NCBI GenBank assembly: GCA_012295275.1
Contig: CM022678.1
Span: 13,702,001 to 13,766,000, forward strand
Direction: 5' to 3'
DNA from: Chrysomallon squamiferum
Taxonomy: Eukaryota; Animalia; Mollusca
DNA length: 64,000 bases
Below the pieces are notes generated by a model. That model saw nothing but the letters and a program-made list of their open reading frames with translations. It did not search any database and had not been told where the DNA came from. Shown one piece after another: positions 14,001-27,000 of the stretch (the first letter of the stretch is position 1; the number at the start of each line of letters is the position of its first letter). The translations under genes were made by a program, and so were the position numbers.

Positions 14001-17000
14001 TTTCCGAACCTCAAGCGTTCATGTATACATTCCTTGGATACATCACAATTGGTAGCCTAATGACTGCCGAGTTCCACCAAGCTGTTGTCACTTGGCATTG
14101 GTGTTTCAATTTCAAAACGCATTGTTAGCGCATACGCACTAGTCCTAGGACTGCAGGCTATGCATAATTTTTGACCTGTGCTATTGATTTTGTCCAGGAC
14201 GGAGTAACGATGGTCTCAATGGCACGTGGGAATCAAATAATTTTATTAAAGGCTACAGGCGGATAACGGGAGCCATGTATGGCGGGCATGTTCAGCTCTG
14301 GTGCTGTAATATCTTTTTGTACATTAGGTTTTTGTGAGTGGGTTAAAACTATAGACCGAGTGATAGCCCTTAAAATTATCTACACTTTTACAACGGTCGA
14401 AATATATTGCTTGCCTCATTGATTTGGCCGCTTATCGTACGCTCAACTGTTTGGCTGTATAAAAGAATTTCGAAGACCTCAGTGAAGAATGAATTGAGAT
14501 CCAGGCGACAGTGAATGTGTAAGATATATGGGAGGGGAAAATCTTTCATATTTACAAAAATAATCGTAGATGTTTGAGATAAGCAGGTTTTGTTTTCCAT
14601 TCTGACTGTAGACATCATTTTCATTTTTATTATTGTTGCCGTATAGTTTAAATATATGTTTTATAATTTCTGTAAATTTCATTCAATCATTAATGACCAT
14701 GTTAATGTAACAATGACAATATTGATTTAATTTATGAATAACGATGTGAAATAAATAATGCAATTCATTACAACTTTTTTCATACCTGAAAATGTAAATA
14801 ATAAATAAAACAAATATATTAATATGTCATTATGAAAAACTGATGCTGGACCAATTAAAAAGGTTTTAAAACGACAGCAGTGAAACTTCACCATGAACTT
14901 TTTTTAAGCATCATCGGCATATTTAATATATTAATAATAATAATTATAAAAACACAGAGCGAAAAACAAAAGTTAAAAATGTATAAAAATGTTTTGCTTG
15001 GGCGAATTATTTTGGCACTTTTGGAACTGTGAACAAACAATTCGCTTGTTTTTCTCACAACTCAAATAACGACATGTCCCAGGTGTGAATATGTTGTCTC
15101 ATCGCTTTAACTGGTATACGTCAAAGGTGTAATTATGCAGCACCTGTTGTGTGTCACCTCATGCTTACATTCTGTTGGCAGGTATTTTATTTATTACTGT
15201 TATGACATATGGGTCTTGTTTACTAAGTAATTGTTTCAGTGTTATTACGGTAATTATATTTAGGGTAGAAGAATGTTTATGTTTTAGGGTGTGCAGTCCC
15301 AGGGTTAATATTCTACGCTAGTCGTGTTACTTGTCGTTACAATATGGTTACATGCTCGATTATTTGCAGATGTTTGTTTATTTTGAATAAAATGAATAAT
15401 TAAATGCGGGTTTTTTTGTTTTGTTATTTATTTACCGTTACAACAATAACAATCATTATCATCATTTTTTATGTTACGTGCATTTCACATTGCAAGACAT
15501 ATACTCTAGCCTGTTAGGCAAACTAAGTAAATAAATAAAAGACACAGACGAAATGAATCTGATGTAAATATGCACGTAAACACACTATGTACATGAAAAT
15601 GAGTTTATTGATAAATAACTGGCTAAGCAATGCCAGAAGAGCGATATTGTTACTTACTAATGTAAATTAATAAATTATATTTAATCTGATCTGTACGTTA
15701 CGAAATTTAGTTTTCGCTTAGTAACTATAATACTTACAGGATGTGTAATGTTGTACAATATATTAATACCTAACCGCCAATGAAATAAATAAGCAAAAAG
15801 AAAGAAGAATTAATAGATATCAAATAAATGTTTAGTTTTTCTAAATCATTGTTTATAATTGCGTTTTTACTTTGTAATTAAACCAAGAAGGAAGGATTAA
15901 TCGATAATATTGTGTAATGCTTATATTTATGAAAAAGTCTGGGTTGGAATAAGTCTATGCAACGTATTTTAGTATCTACAACTATTTTCGTCTCTGAATA
16001 ATTCATTATTTTAAAATAATAAAATAACATGATCTGTTTTTCAATAATAATCTGATTGAATTAAATACACTTATTATAATAAAATTAACATTAATAAAAC
16101 TAACTAGATAATTGTCGTTAATTGAAATATCCGTTAAAATAATATGAACTGCGAATAAAAACTAATTATAAAATACAGGATTAAAATTTTATAATAATCA
16201 GCAAATAGTGAGTATTTTCACTGGCGTTAATATGTTTCTGCAGTTAGGAATTTCAGTTCTGATTCATCTATCCACCCCTACTCCCCACCCGTTGGATAAT
16301 ATTGGTCATTTGTTGATATGTTTTCTGATTCTAACAGCAGTTGCTACACCACTGTGAATGGGCGAAACATGTAAATAACAGTATTATGATAATGATTAAA
16401 AACCGGCTTCTCTTGAACCTAAAGTTGTTTTATTTATAGTAATAAATCGATATCTATAAACGTATGAAATTTTGAATTATATTTATTCTGTCATTATTCA
16501 ACTTGTTTACTCCGAAACGAACTCTATACATGAAATTAATTAATACTGAAACTGTATATAAACGTACAAGAATTTAATTTTAGTGGGTGGAGTGGGCGTT
16601 GTTTTCAATTTTAATCTAAGTTAAAAGTAAACAAGACATCAAATTGTTTTGTTTATTTTATAAGTGAAACATAAATTAAAACAGCTTATATTATTTTGAG
16701 GTATTTTTGTATTGTGATAGTATTAACATATATTCCTTAATTTAATTATTCACTCTTTTTCACATTCTTTTATAATTTGTTAGGCTCATGAAAATGTAAT
16801 ATCAAGAATTGAAACATAAAACAGTTTTGTTCAAAATGATATGCATTTATTTATTTATTTTTATTTGTTTCTTAATAACGTATATATATTGCAAATAACA
16901 GTTTATATTCCGCTACTCTGTAGATTAATTAATTCAGCACTAATGCATATGAGCGACTGTACTTTTAATGCACAATATATATATATTTTTAAAATCGATA

Positions 17001-17409
17001 TTTTTAGATAATAACTGAATGCTATAAATGTAGACTAATATTTTTTCAAACGTTTTCTGATTAATGTGTATCCACTTATAATTATTTCTTCCACTGATGT
17101 AATAATAAAAAATAAAAAAATAATCATGACGACGACGATAACGTCGATGACGTAGCTGATAAATATTTTAGAAATTGTTTACAAATTCTTGAACTAGTTT
17201 AGTAGGGTTTTTAAAATAAATATATCTTATACCTAATTGACATTTCCGCATCCAAAAATGTGCTTTAATTAATGTCATGTGTACAGAAAATTCGTCTGCT
17301 ACAACAGAAGGATATAATGAAACAACAACAACAATAACAACACATAAAAAAAAAAATAATAATAACAATAAAAAATAAAATAAAATAAAATAAAATTAGA
17401 TGAAATAAG

Positions 17410-17455
<46 letters not shown>
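17410..17455. repeat. Poly(A) tract, 46 nt, preceded by (AAAAT)n
   Basis: Uninterrupted A run just upstream of the putative VPS13B promoter. Confidence 0.95.
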
Positions 17456-17458
<3 letters not shown>

Positions 17459-17487
17459 ATAAGAACAAATCATTATCTCCCTTTACA

Positions 17488-17525
17488 AGTGAGCGCCTGC
17501 TGCTTCCGGATGCGAACGCGTTTTT
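17488..17525 (+). promoter_or_regulatory. Putative VPS13B core promoter upstream of a non-coding first exon
   Basis: Short CpG-rich patch with an ETS-type site CTTCCGG (17503-17509) directly after the poly(A) tract. The ATG-bearing exon starts at an acceptor (tgtttcAG ending at 18340), which implies an upstream UTR exon. Confidence 0.45.
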
Positions 17526-17794
17526 GATAGTGAGTTGGCACTGCTGTCATTTTAAGAACTTTTAAATTAGTCTTGCATTAGCATTGCAAAGTGATATGTT
17601 AATATATTTATTTTATATATTATTTACATTTTTGATTTTTGAAAAAATGATGAATTGAATTTTCTTTTTCATATCGTTTGTTCATGGATTCTGTTTATTC
17701 AATAATTGCTGAGTTTGTTATTGTTCTGTCGCATTCATTGTGTGACATGGTAGTTTGTTATTAAATGAATCTGACAGTAATTATAAAACAGTTT

Positions 17795-17796
<2 letters not shown>

Positions 17797-17848
<52 letters not shown>
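17797..17848. repeat. (TAA)n microsatellite
   Basis: About 17 TAA units. Confidence 0.95.
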
Positions 17849-17850
<2 letters not shown>

Positions 17851-18371
17851 ACAAGATTTACTTACTTTGCCAGAATATGAAGAAATAAGAATTTAAAGCC
17901 GGCATGACTCGTCATAAAATACATTTACAACTCTGCAATTATCATTTAATGAAGTTAAACTCTGTGTGTGTGTGTGTGTGTGACATATCAACATGCATGT
18001 CTTAAACCTAATGAATCGTCATTTATACACAATTAGAAATATTAATATGATAGCTTGTAAAGTTTTATAATAGAATTATAGATTATATTGTAATTATTTG
18101 GTATGCAAATTAACATAGTCTCCTGCTGAAACAAAAATTGAATGTGGCTAATGATAAACAGTCATTAAAAGACTGGTTGAAATGAGAAATAGTTAAAAAA
18201 GAATATTAATCCTATGCTCCATTATATCTCTTAACTGAAAATACCCCTTGTTAGTTCTTGAAATACTACCATTTTTAACATAAACTTACAAAAAACAAAT
18301 ATACTGTTTTAGCTAAAAATTTATTTAAAATATGTTTCAGTTCTAATGGCAATCCATCTTTAGAAATAACC

Positions 18372-19983
18372 ATGTTTAAGATAGAGTCCTACATTACACC
18401 ATTGTTGATGGGCTATGTTAACAAATATGTTGAACTGCGTCAGGAAGATTTTCAGCTCAGTCTCTGGGGTGGAGATGCTGTTTTAAATAATTTGGATCTT
18501 CGACTGCATGTCCTTGAAAAAGCTATCCAGCTGCCAATTGTTTTCAAAAGTGGACACATTCATGAACTGCGAATCCATGTACCTTGGACCAAATTAGGCT
18601 CTGAGCCTGTTGTAATAACTATAAACACAATTGAATGTATTCTCAAGGTTCGTGCTACAGCATATGATGATGGGTCCAGTTCCGTGTCAGCTGATTCAAC
18701 AAAGAAAATGTCACAGCAGATCAGAGCCAAAGCAAAACTAAAAAGACCAGAAGAATGTGATCTTCCTCCTGGTTACTTGCAAAGCTTGATGAACCGAATT
18801 TTAAACAATGTATCTGTAATCATCAACAATCTAATACTAAAATTTGTTGAAGATGATATTGTTCTGTCATTGAATATCAAATCAGCAGAGTGCTACAGTG
18901 TTGATATTGGTTGGAATCGAGCTTTCATTGATCTAGTCCCTCCAGAACTTGTACTAAGAAAAGTTATAAATATCTGTGATCTCACTGTTTGTCTTGATAA
19001 AACTGATGCCAGTGGAAAGATTGAAAATTACCAGGAACCGTTACTATATCGTTGTTCTGTGTCTTGTCGCTTGTTCATGGCTTATGACAGTATTAATGCT
19101 AAAATTCCAAAAACTACTCAGTTTAATGTAGCCTGTGATCAGCTGGAGTTGTCTCTGTCAGACTGTCAACTGCCAATGTTTCTAAGACTTGTTGAACTCT
19201 GTGTTGCTCTGTATTATGGGACACGACTATTTGAAGAAGAAGACGAAACAAAGGAGCCCGACAAACAGGAGGTGGATAGAGTCAGTTTGACTGACATGGG
19301 TATGAAATACTTCAGAATTTTGTAATTTCATATCAATTAACAGACTTATTAATGAGTTAAAGTTTGGTATGTTTTAGAGAAAATTAAACAGAATTAATGT
19401 GTTTTTTTACAAGCAATATGGTTAGTTTGATATGGCTCAAATAACAGATTAGATTAGAGCATGTAGATATATGAAAATAATTAACTCATCATTACTGGAC
19501 TTTCATTTTACCATTAGACTCATCAAACAGACTTAAAAATAATCAAATCTGTGTTATATTTCAAAATAATTTTATTGTTTTTCAGATCAAGGGGATGGTG
19601 ATGGTGATGACAATAATGATGAAGATTCCCAGGGTTGGGCATCATGGGCATGGTCTTATGTACCTCAGATTTTACCCTCAGAGGAAGATTTGCTTGATGA
19701 AGAAGATAGACCAAAGAACAAAGCCCTTCCTCAAGTTTTGTCAATAGGTTTCTACATCCACAAGGCTTCAGTTATGTTTAAGGTGGGAACAAATTTTCTC
19801 TGTGATAACAAATTTATCAATGATCAATTTCCATCCAAGCATAATGAAATTATACATTTAAATTAGGATCGAATGGTATTTAAAATCTATTCTGCTAACA
19901 AATTTAAAAAAAATTAGCGCTCATGAAATTCACATTTACTTTTTTTTTGCATTCTTGTATTCTTTTTTCTCTTTCTGATTGAT

Positions 19984-20018
<35 letters not shown>

Positions 20019-20981
20019 TTTTGTGATCTGCCTATCTAAGTATAGATTTAACCACCTTTATTGAAATAATCTATATTTACTCTCTATGTTGAATATTCAC
20101 TTAGTAGGCACAAAGTCTGGGTACATAAGTAAAATAAATAGGTTGTCTACTAGGGTGTCTAAGGTTGAATTCTTCTGCAACTTTGTGATAAGACCATCCT
20201 TCTCGTCCACTTAAGAGTACCAACTCGATTCTTTCTTCTTTAGACAGAGCCATCATTCGATCTGGGTAAGAAAAATAACATAAATAAATAACATAGTAAA
20301 ATTCCCCATGTACCCAGACTTTGAAATAGCCATAGATGAGTGTCAATATAGGTTACATATATAACAATATGTTCATATATAACAGGGAAGAGAAAACATT
20401 TAACCATATTTTTCTCTTCTTTTTTTTTGGTAATTTACATGCTTTTGTAAACTCTTCATTTGCTAATATTCACTAACTTAAAATGGAAACACAATATAAT
20501 ATAAATTTTAAAAAATAAACCTGTAATTTATAAAAATTCAGAAAATATATTAGTAAAGTATAAAAGGTTTGTAAAACTTCCAGAAAAAAACATGTAACTG
20601 TTGATTGTGTGATATTATGAGACATAATGCAAGAGAGAACTGCGTGACATTTTTAAGTATATATTTATATATTTCTTAATTATTTCTGAAATCAAAATAC
20701 CATTTCTGTCTTTTATATGTATGTTTATAGAAATGTTTAGTTATTTTATTTTCATTTCAGCTAACAGAAAGAATGAAACAGACACCCAGTCAACTAGGAT
20801 CTCAGAGAGCAGTTTTTCAACCTTTTCTCTTTCTGGAATCACAAGGTCTCTCTGCAGAGATACTTCTCCATGGCATTGAGTTTTTTGATGCTCAGTGTGG
20901 AATTACAGAGTTAAGAATTTCCACTGCTGGGAACTGTATCTGTGGCATTGTTGATGTTACTGATTCCAGGGTAAAGATATA

Positions 20982-21021
<40 letters not shown>

Positions 21022-24000
21022 AACATTGTTAACTGTTATATTACCTTACTTTATGTTACATAGTGACGTTATATTATGATATAAGCTATTTATATCATAA
21101 TTGTTTTGTTATACATGTCATTGCTAGTTATCTCATCAGCAGCAACAGAATATTTGTTGTTGTTTACTGATATACAAAGGCAGAATTAAATTTTTATCTC
21201 GCTCAAACTGACAATACAAATGCCATTATGAATAATCTAATAATAAATATATAGGTTTAATGAAATTGATCAAATGTTTGTTTCTTCACTGATTTATTTA
21301 TTAATTTGTTCATCAATCACAGAGTCAGGTTCTCCTGCAGGCAGGAGAATCACTGGACAACAAAACAAAGATGAATTTCTTGTCTCTTTCTCTGTTTGAT
21401 CCAAACTCAGCAGAAAACCTTGGTAATATCAAAGAATACATTCTAGAAGAAGAGTGCCATCTGGCGACATACACAGAACAGTATGGGTTACAGCGATATG
21501 GTGCATTCTGGATGGACTATAACTATGTGATGCACATCCCTGAAAAATCACATTGTAAGTTTTGTTTTCTGTTGACTAGAGTATACTGTGACATGAACAT
21601 TTTTATGATCTGTACGTGGACAATGGCTACTGTAATTGAAGAAAAGCCAATAAATTGAGCTGGCTAGTTGGTTTGGTATTGATATGTTACTTTCAATTTC
21701 TAATTTAAAGTTTATGCTTTTTGATAAAGCAAATGTAAAATTAGTTTTATTTAATTTGTATCTGACATCATTCTTTTTGAAAAAACCAAAGGAAATTTAA
21801 ACACAGCAAAAACAAATGGATAAACACACCCTACAATTATTTTTCTTTTCTTTTTGTCTTCAAATTAAAGAGAAATAATTGTTTGCTTGTTTAGATAATT
21901 AGCAAGAACCTATTTAAAAATAAATATTTCTTAATACTGTTTTGATTATTAAAATAATGTATAATTACTTGAAATAATATAACATAACCTTGAGATTTTC
22001 TTTTTCAGTTTATTAATTTGTTTTAAAATAGAAAAGAATATTAATCTTAATATTTATATAATGTCTTAAACTAATTCACTGATCGTTGTCCTGACATTAC
22101 AAAGTATTATAATAATTATATCTAAGTTTCATTTTTAAATGGTTTTAAATAATTTTTGTTGTTGTTTTCAGCTGGTAGTAAATCGTCTACAACTGGGGAC
22201 CATTCAGATGTACTCTTTTTTCATGAAAATGCCATCATAAGATTTCTTGTTGGTCACTGTCAGCTGAATGTGACATCAGCATTTTATCATCGAGTACAGA
22301 AAGTTCTGTACTGTGCATGGGATCATCAGTATCAGCCATATGGGACAACTAAAATATGTAATCTATTGTTACTATATGTAATTACTTTACCAGTGCTTTC
22401 AGAAATTATAATAAAAACTTAAATAGAAAATAAAGAAGGTTAAAATCAAGGCATATTACATTTTTTTATTTATTGTATAAATCTGTTCAATAATAATCTT
22501 TATAAGTAATGCTAAACACATAATTAATTGCAGACAAACTAACATTTTCAGTTCTGAAATACAGAATAAACTGACATGTACATACTCTGAATAACAAACA
22601 TTGATAATGGTAAGCCTGACATATCTTTCTCAAATACACTCACAAATATATTTCATTTTTCAGCGTATTCTTGAACTAATTAAATAGATAAAAAAGACAA
22701 TTTTTGTTTTACAGACCCAGATGCCAAGGAACGAACACAGCTAACCGAAGAGGAAATCCACAGCTTGGAAGAGTTCATTCCAACACACACCTATCAGCTG
22801 ACCTTAGTTGAGCCAGTCATAACAATCCATGCAGCTGAACATGCTCAGTGTGATGTGAAGAGAAAAAGTTATAAGGCATCTAAAAAGAAAAGTGTAAATA
22901 TATTTATGAATATTAATTTTCTGTTTTAATATTCCATGTCCTGTTTTTAAAACGAGGGTCTTAGACATTTACAAAATTTAATTTTATTTGTTTTAATATT
23001 ACTTAACATATTAAATTAATGAACTTAATTATGGGTATAAATAATTATGTAATTGTTTGAATATACAGGTATGGGGCATATGTATGTATCTGCATTTTTG
23101 GCCATTTATATAATTTAATTTTACTGGGATAGTTGCAAATTCATTATTGTCTGTGAGAGTGTGTGTTTGAAAAAACAACAAATATTTTAAACTATAAAAT
23201 TAAAGCATTTATAAAATAATGCACCTTTTAACCTGCAAGAAATGCATGCATTAATTAATGCAATAGCTGTGATATATACTTTTTCTTCTTTTGTTTCCCA
23301 ACTAGTGTAATACTCTCTCTGTTCAAGCCATAGTTTTCAGTTTCAGAAAAACACGGTTCTCTCAAGAAATGACAGTTCAAATTATTTTCTGCACCATCTT
23401 ATGTAATTTCTGAAGATAACATTTTTTTGTTGTTGGTTTTATTGATAATTAACTTTGTGCTGTTCCAATGTCAAAACAATGGAGTGATAGTAATAGTGCT
23501 CAAAACCCTTAACAGTTAAGCTGACTGGGCAGCTGTTATATACAGCCATGGTTCTGAGGCGCAGTTTGTTCCAACCAGAGAGTTTTAATTGATAATAACG
23601 ACAGAGACAATGACTTTATTCTCATAAACTCTAGGATTATTGTGCAGAGAAGAATGTATTACAGAAATATAATAACAAGATTAAAATTAAAATGCACAGT
23701 TTAATGCAATGACGTTTAACATGGAGGACACACTCTCTCACATATAGTTCTTATTAATTAACATAGCATTTTAACGCAAACATATTTTTACTATTAAACA
23801 AATTATTATTTGAAAATACATTTGGATGTCTTATTTATACCTTTTCTCGCCTTTAATAATTTAGGATGGTTACATTCAAATACATAATGATGTTCATCTA
23901 CAATTTTGTCAAGATTACATATATGACATTTTCTATTTTATCTTAGATATTAAACTGTCATCTAGTTTCAGTAGGAACTTTAACATTAGATGTTCTAAAT

Positions 24001-27000
24001 TTTCATAAGACATTAGTATTCTAGTGAGGCAGCACAGTAAAATAATTTTCTAATTTCAATTAAATTTTTTATATTTATGATTAATACCACTTTGGAGACA
24101 TTTTTGTCAAAGGTAATTAGAATGTTGCACAAAAACAGCATTTCATCAGTTGGGAAGGCAATCAAGTGGCAAGCAGTTTGAAAAAATATAAAAAGTCCCC
24201 ATTTTGAGTCGAGGGTATGTATCCTAAAACCAATTCATTGCTGCTGGATGAAGAAAGATAAGGATGGTTTCAAATGGGTTAGGACAAAGAAAAGGTTTGT
24301 ATGATATACAGTAAATGCAACCCAAGTGAATAGATGTGCTCACATGAGTGAAAAAAAACAAAGAAAATAAAAACGTTTTGATTGCTGTGTGTCTCAGTGT
24401 GTCAAATTATTCTCTCTTTTTTTATGTAGTGCTTAATAAGTTATGTGACTTAAACTCTTGTTAATAGGTTCTTTATATTATATTACTTCACTTTGTTTAT
24501 TTTAGGCCTTTACAGAGAATATAAAAGCACTGAAGTTGTTTGAGTATTGAGAAATAATGTGATATTTAGCCGAAATGATCTGCAACATGTAGAATTATAT
24601 TTCAGGATTCTAAGACACAGAAAACAAATCGGTATGTCCTGCCAGCATGCCAGATCTCTGCAACTAGATGTGAGCTCCAAGTTGTCTCCCCTATGTATCC
24701 AGGCAGGGTTGTCCGACTTGTCAGTACTGTTGCTGGTCTATCAAACAATCTACTGTACTACTGCAACTCTCACACCCAGATAAAGGTAAACACGGTAGAT
24801 AACTTATTTCCAACTGTTCTTGACTATAGTCACCTTGGGAAACATATGGTAGCTGCCAAAGAAATCTTCAGCTGTTTACATTTTTTTAAATGCAATGGTA
24901 ATTTTAGTTTATAAGGTTGGCCAACAGAGATACCTATTCAACAAAATACTGACCTCATTACATGAACGATTATGCAAATTTTGGCCACACCAATGATAAC
25001 TGCCTCATGAAGTCAAGAATTGTTCTGTTTGCAGATGTCATAAAGGAAAACATTTGAAAAGACACCAACAAATATATGTTTTTAGCAGTTTTTATTCAAC
25101 ACAGACACTGAATCAGTGGAATTTATGGAAGGGCATGGAAGCCACAGGATTTTACTCCTGTGCAGAACATACAAATTTTCAGCCACTAAAGCTGCACATA
25201 GGGCAACCTTGTCATCCTGTTAACTTTCATTATACAATATATACACACACACACCATTTTAAAATAATAAATCTGTATTGAATTACATATATTAACAAAT
25301 AGATTGTTAGAAATTTTTAACATTAGATTTCATATAATTTACATTTATTATTTCAGATATTTGGCTTGCTTGCTGGTTTGTTGAAAGTGGAGCCAAATGC
25401 TGCACGCTCAACACTACTAACTGTAGTGCCTCCATCTAGTGGTGTATTCTGTTTTACCAAACTGCTCTTACCTAAATACTGGCAAGTTCATTATGAACAT
25501 CCTTTCTGTCAAACTCATCAATAGACATACTGAAACATATGTAAACAGGCATGCAAACACACACATACACCCACACAAGCATTTATATAAAATAAATAAA
25601 GTTTGTCTCAGGAATTCTGTAATGCTGCTATAACACATGTTGTTCTTCTGTATTCGTGTGTATTCATCATAAACAGATTAACAGATTCTCAGTTGATAAT
25701 TACTATTATGATTAATACTAAAGTACTTACTAAGTTTAGTAAAAATTTGTAACTTTTTGTTCTACAATTGCAAGTATCAAAATATATTATTTGTCAACAG
25801 GAAAAGTTCATACTTGCCTTTGAGAGATGAGATGTTTGAAGTTTCACAGTTATCTGTAAATATGTCAAAGGCCAGTATCTTGTTAGCAATGAAAATCATT
25901 TCATCATGGTTACAGAAAACTCCTAGGCCATCTTCTTTGAGTGAGGATAGTCTTTTGCAGGATGTCTTTCCAGAAATAGGTGAAATTAATATTGCTTCAG
26001 GACATTTCTATTTTGTATTAATATTTTAATATTTAAAGTTTAGTTTAAAATACAGAAATCTATGTTATTAGCTGTACAATGTTTTTCTGTCTCATAGAAT
26101 GTCAGTATTTCTTGCTACTTGATGTAAACATTTTAATGATTCCCATAATCCTACATAAATAAGATATTTCATGAAAAGAATAATTAATATTAGTTTTAGT
26201 AATAATTAATATTAAAGTTAAATGATCATTATTTATTGTTCAATTAGAAAATAATTTTACCTTTTTTCCTTATGAATATTATTTAATTAAATACACCGAG
26301 GCATACATCTGTAATTAAAACCTTATTTCAATTACTTTCTTAGATCGTGACACCATTCTAGAACCTCATATACAACAGATGCCAATGTTGGAGGTGGTAA
26401 TCAGTGGTGTGCAGTTTAAGATGTGTTCCACAGTAGTTGTCACTTCGTACACAGGAAACCTTTCTTCTTTGGAAGTAATGTTTTATTCAAAAGGTATTTA
26501 CACTCAAATTCCCTTCCCTTTTCAAGCAGTAAATTGTGCATGAAAAGGGAAAATAATGATATTCTGAATTAAATATAAAAAGTGTTTATGTGTGTTTGTG
26601 TATGTATGCATGTGTGTGAGAGAGCATTTTTGTGTGTCAGTATTTATTTAATTGGTTCAGTGTCAGAGAACAAAAAGACCTTTCCTCATTATAATTATTT
26701 TATTATTTATATTTATAGATCTTGTACAGCCACTAATATCTGGACCAGCAGACACCTCACATCTACACATACCTGATTCATTTAAACAAGACCTATCACA
26801 GCAAGAGCTTTCTGCTGACTTGTTCTCATTCACAATCCAGCTGCCTAAAAACACTCATGTTCTGGAAGGTACGTAAACAAATATTTTCAGAAAATTAATA
26901 TATTCTGTTAGGAGTAGTTTGTCACTGTTAGATGAAATTTTATATTTACTGGAATGACTTAGACATTTAATTTTATTTATCTTTAAGTTTGTATAAATAA

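Noticed and set aside
14290-14310. REST/RE1-like site (CAGCACC on the minus strand) upstream of a neuronal gene
   Set aside because: Only a partial half-site, and the GGACAG half is absent.
24507-24545. Possible extra VPS13B micro-exon after tttAG at about 24506
   Set aside because: No convincing donor, and the flanking exons already join in frame without it.
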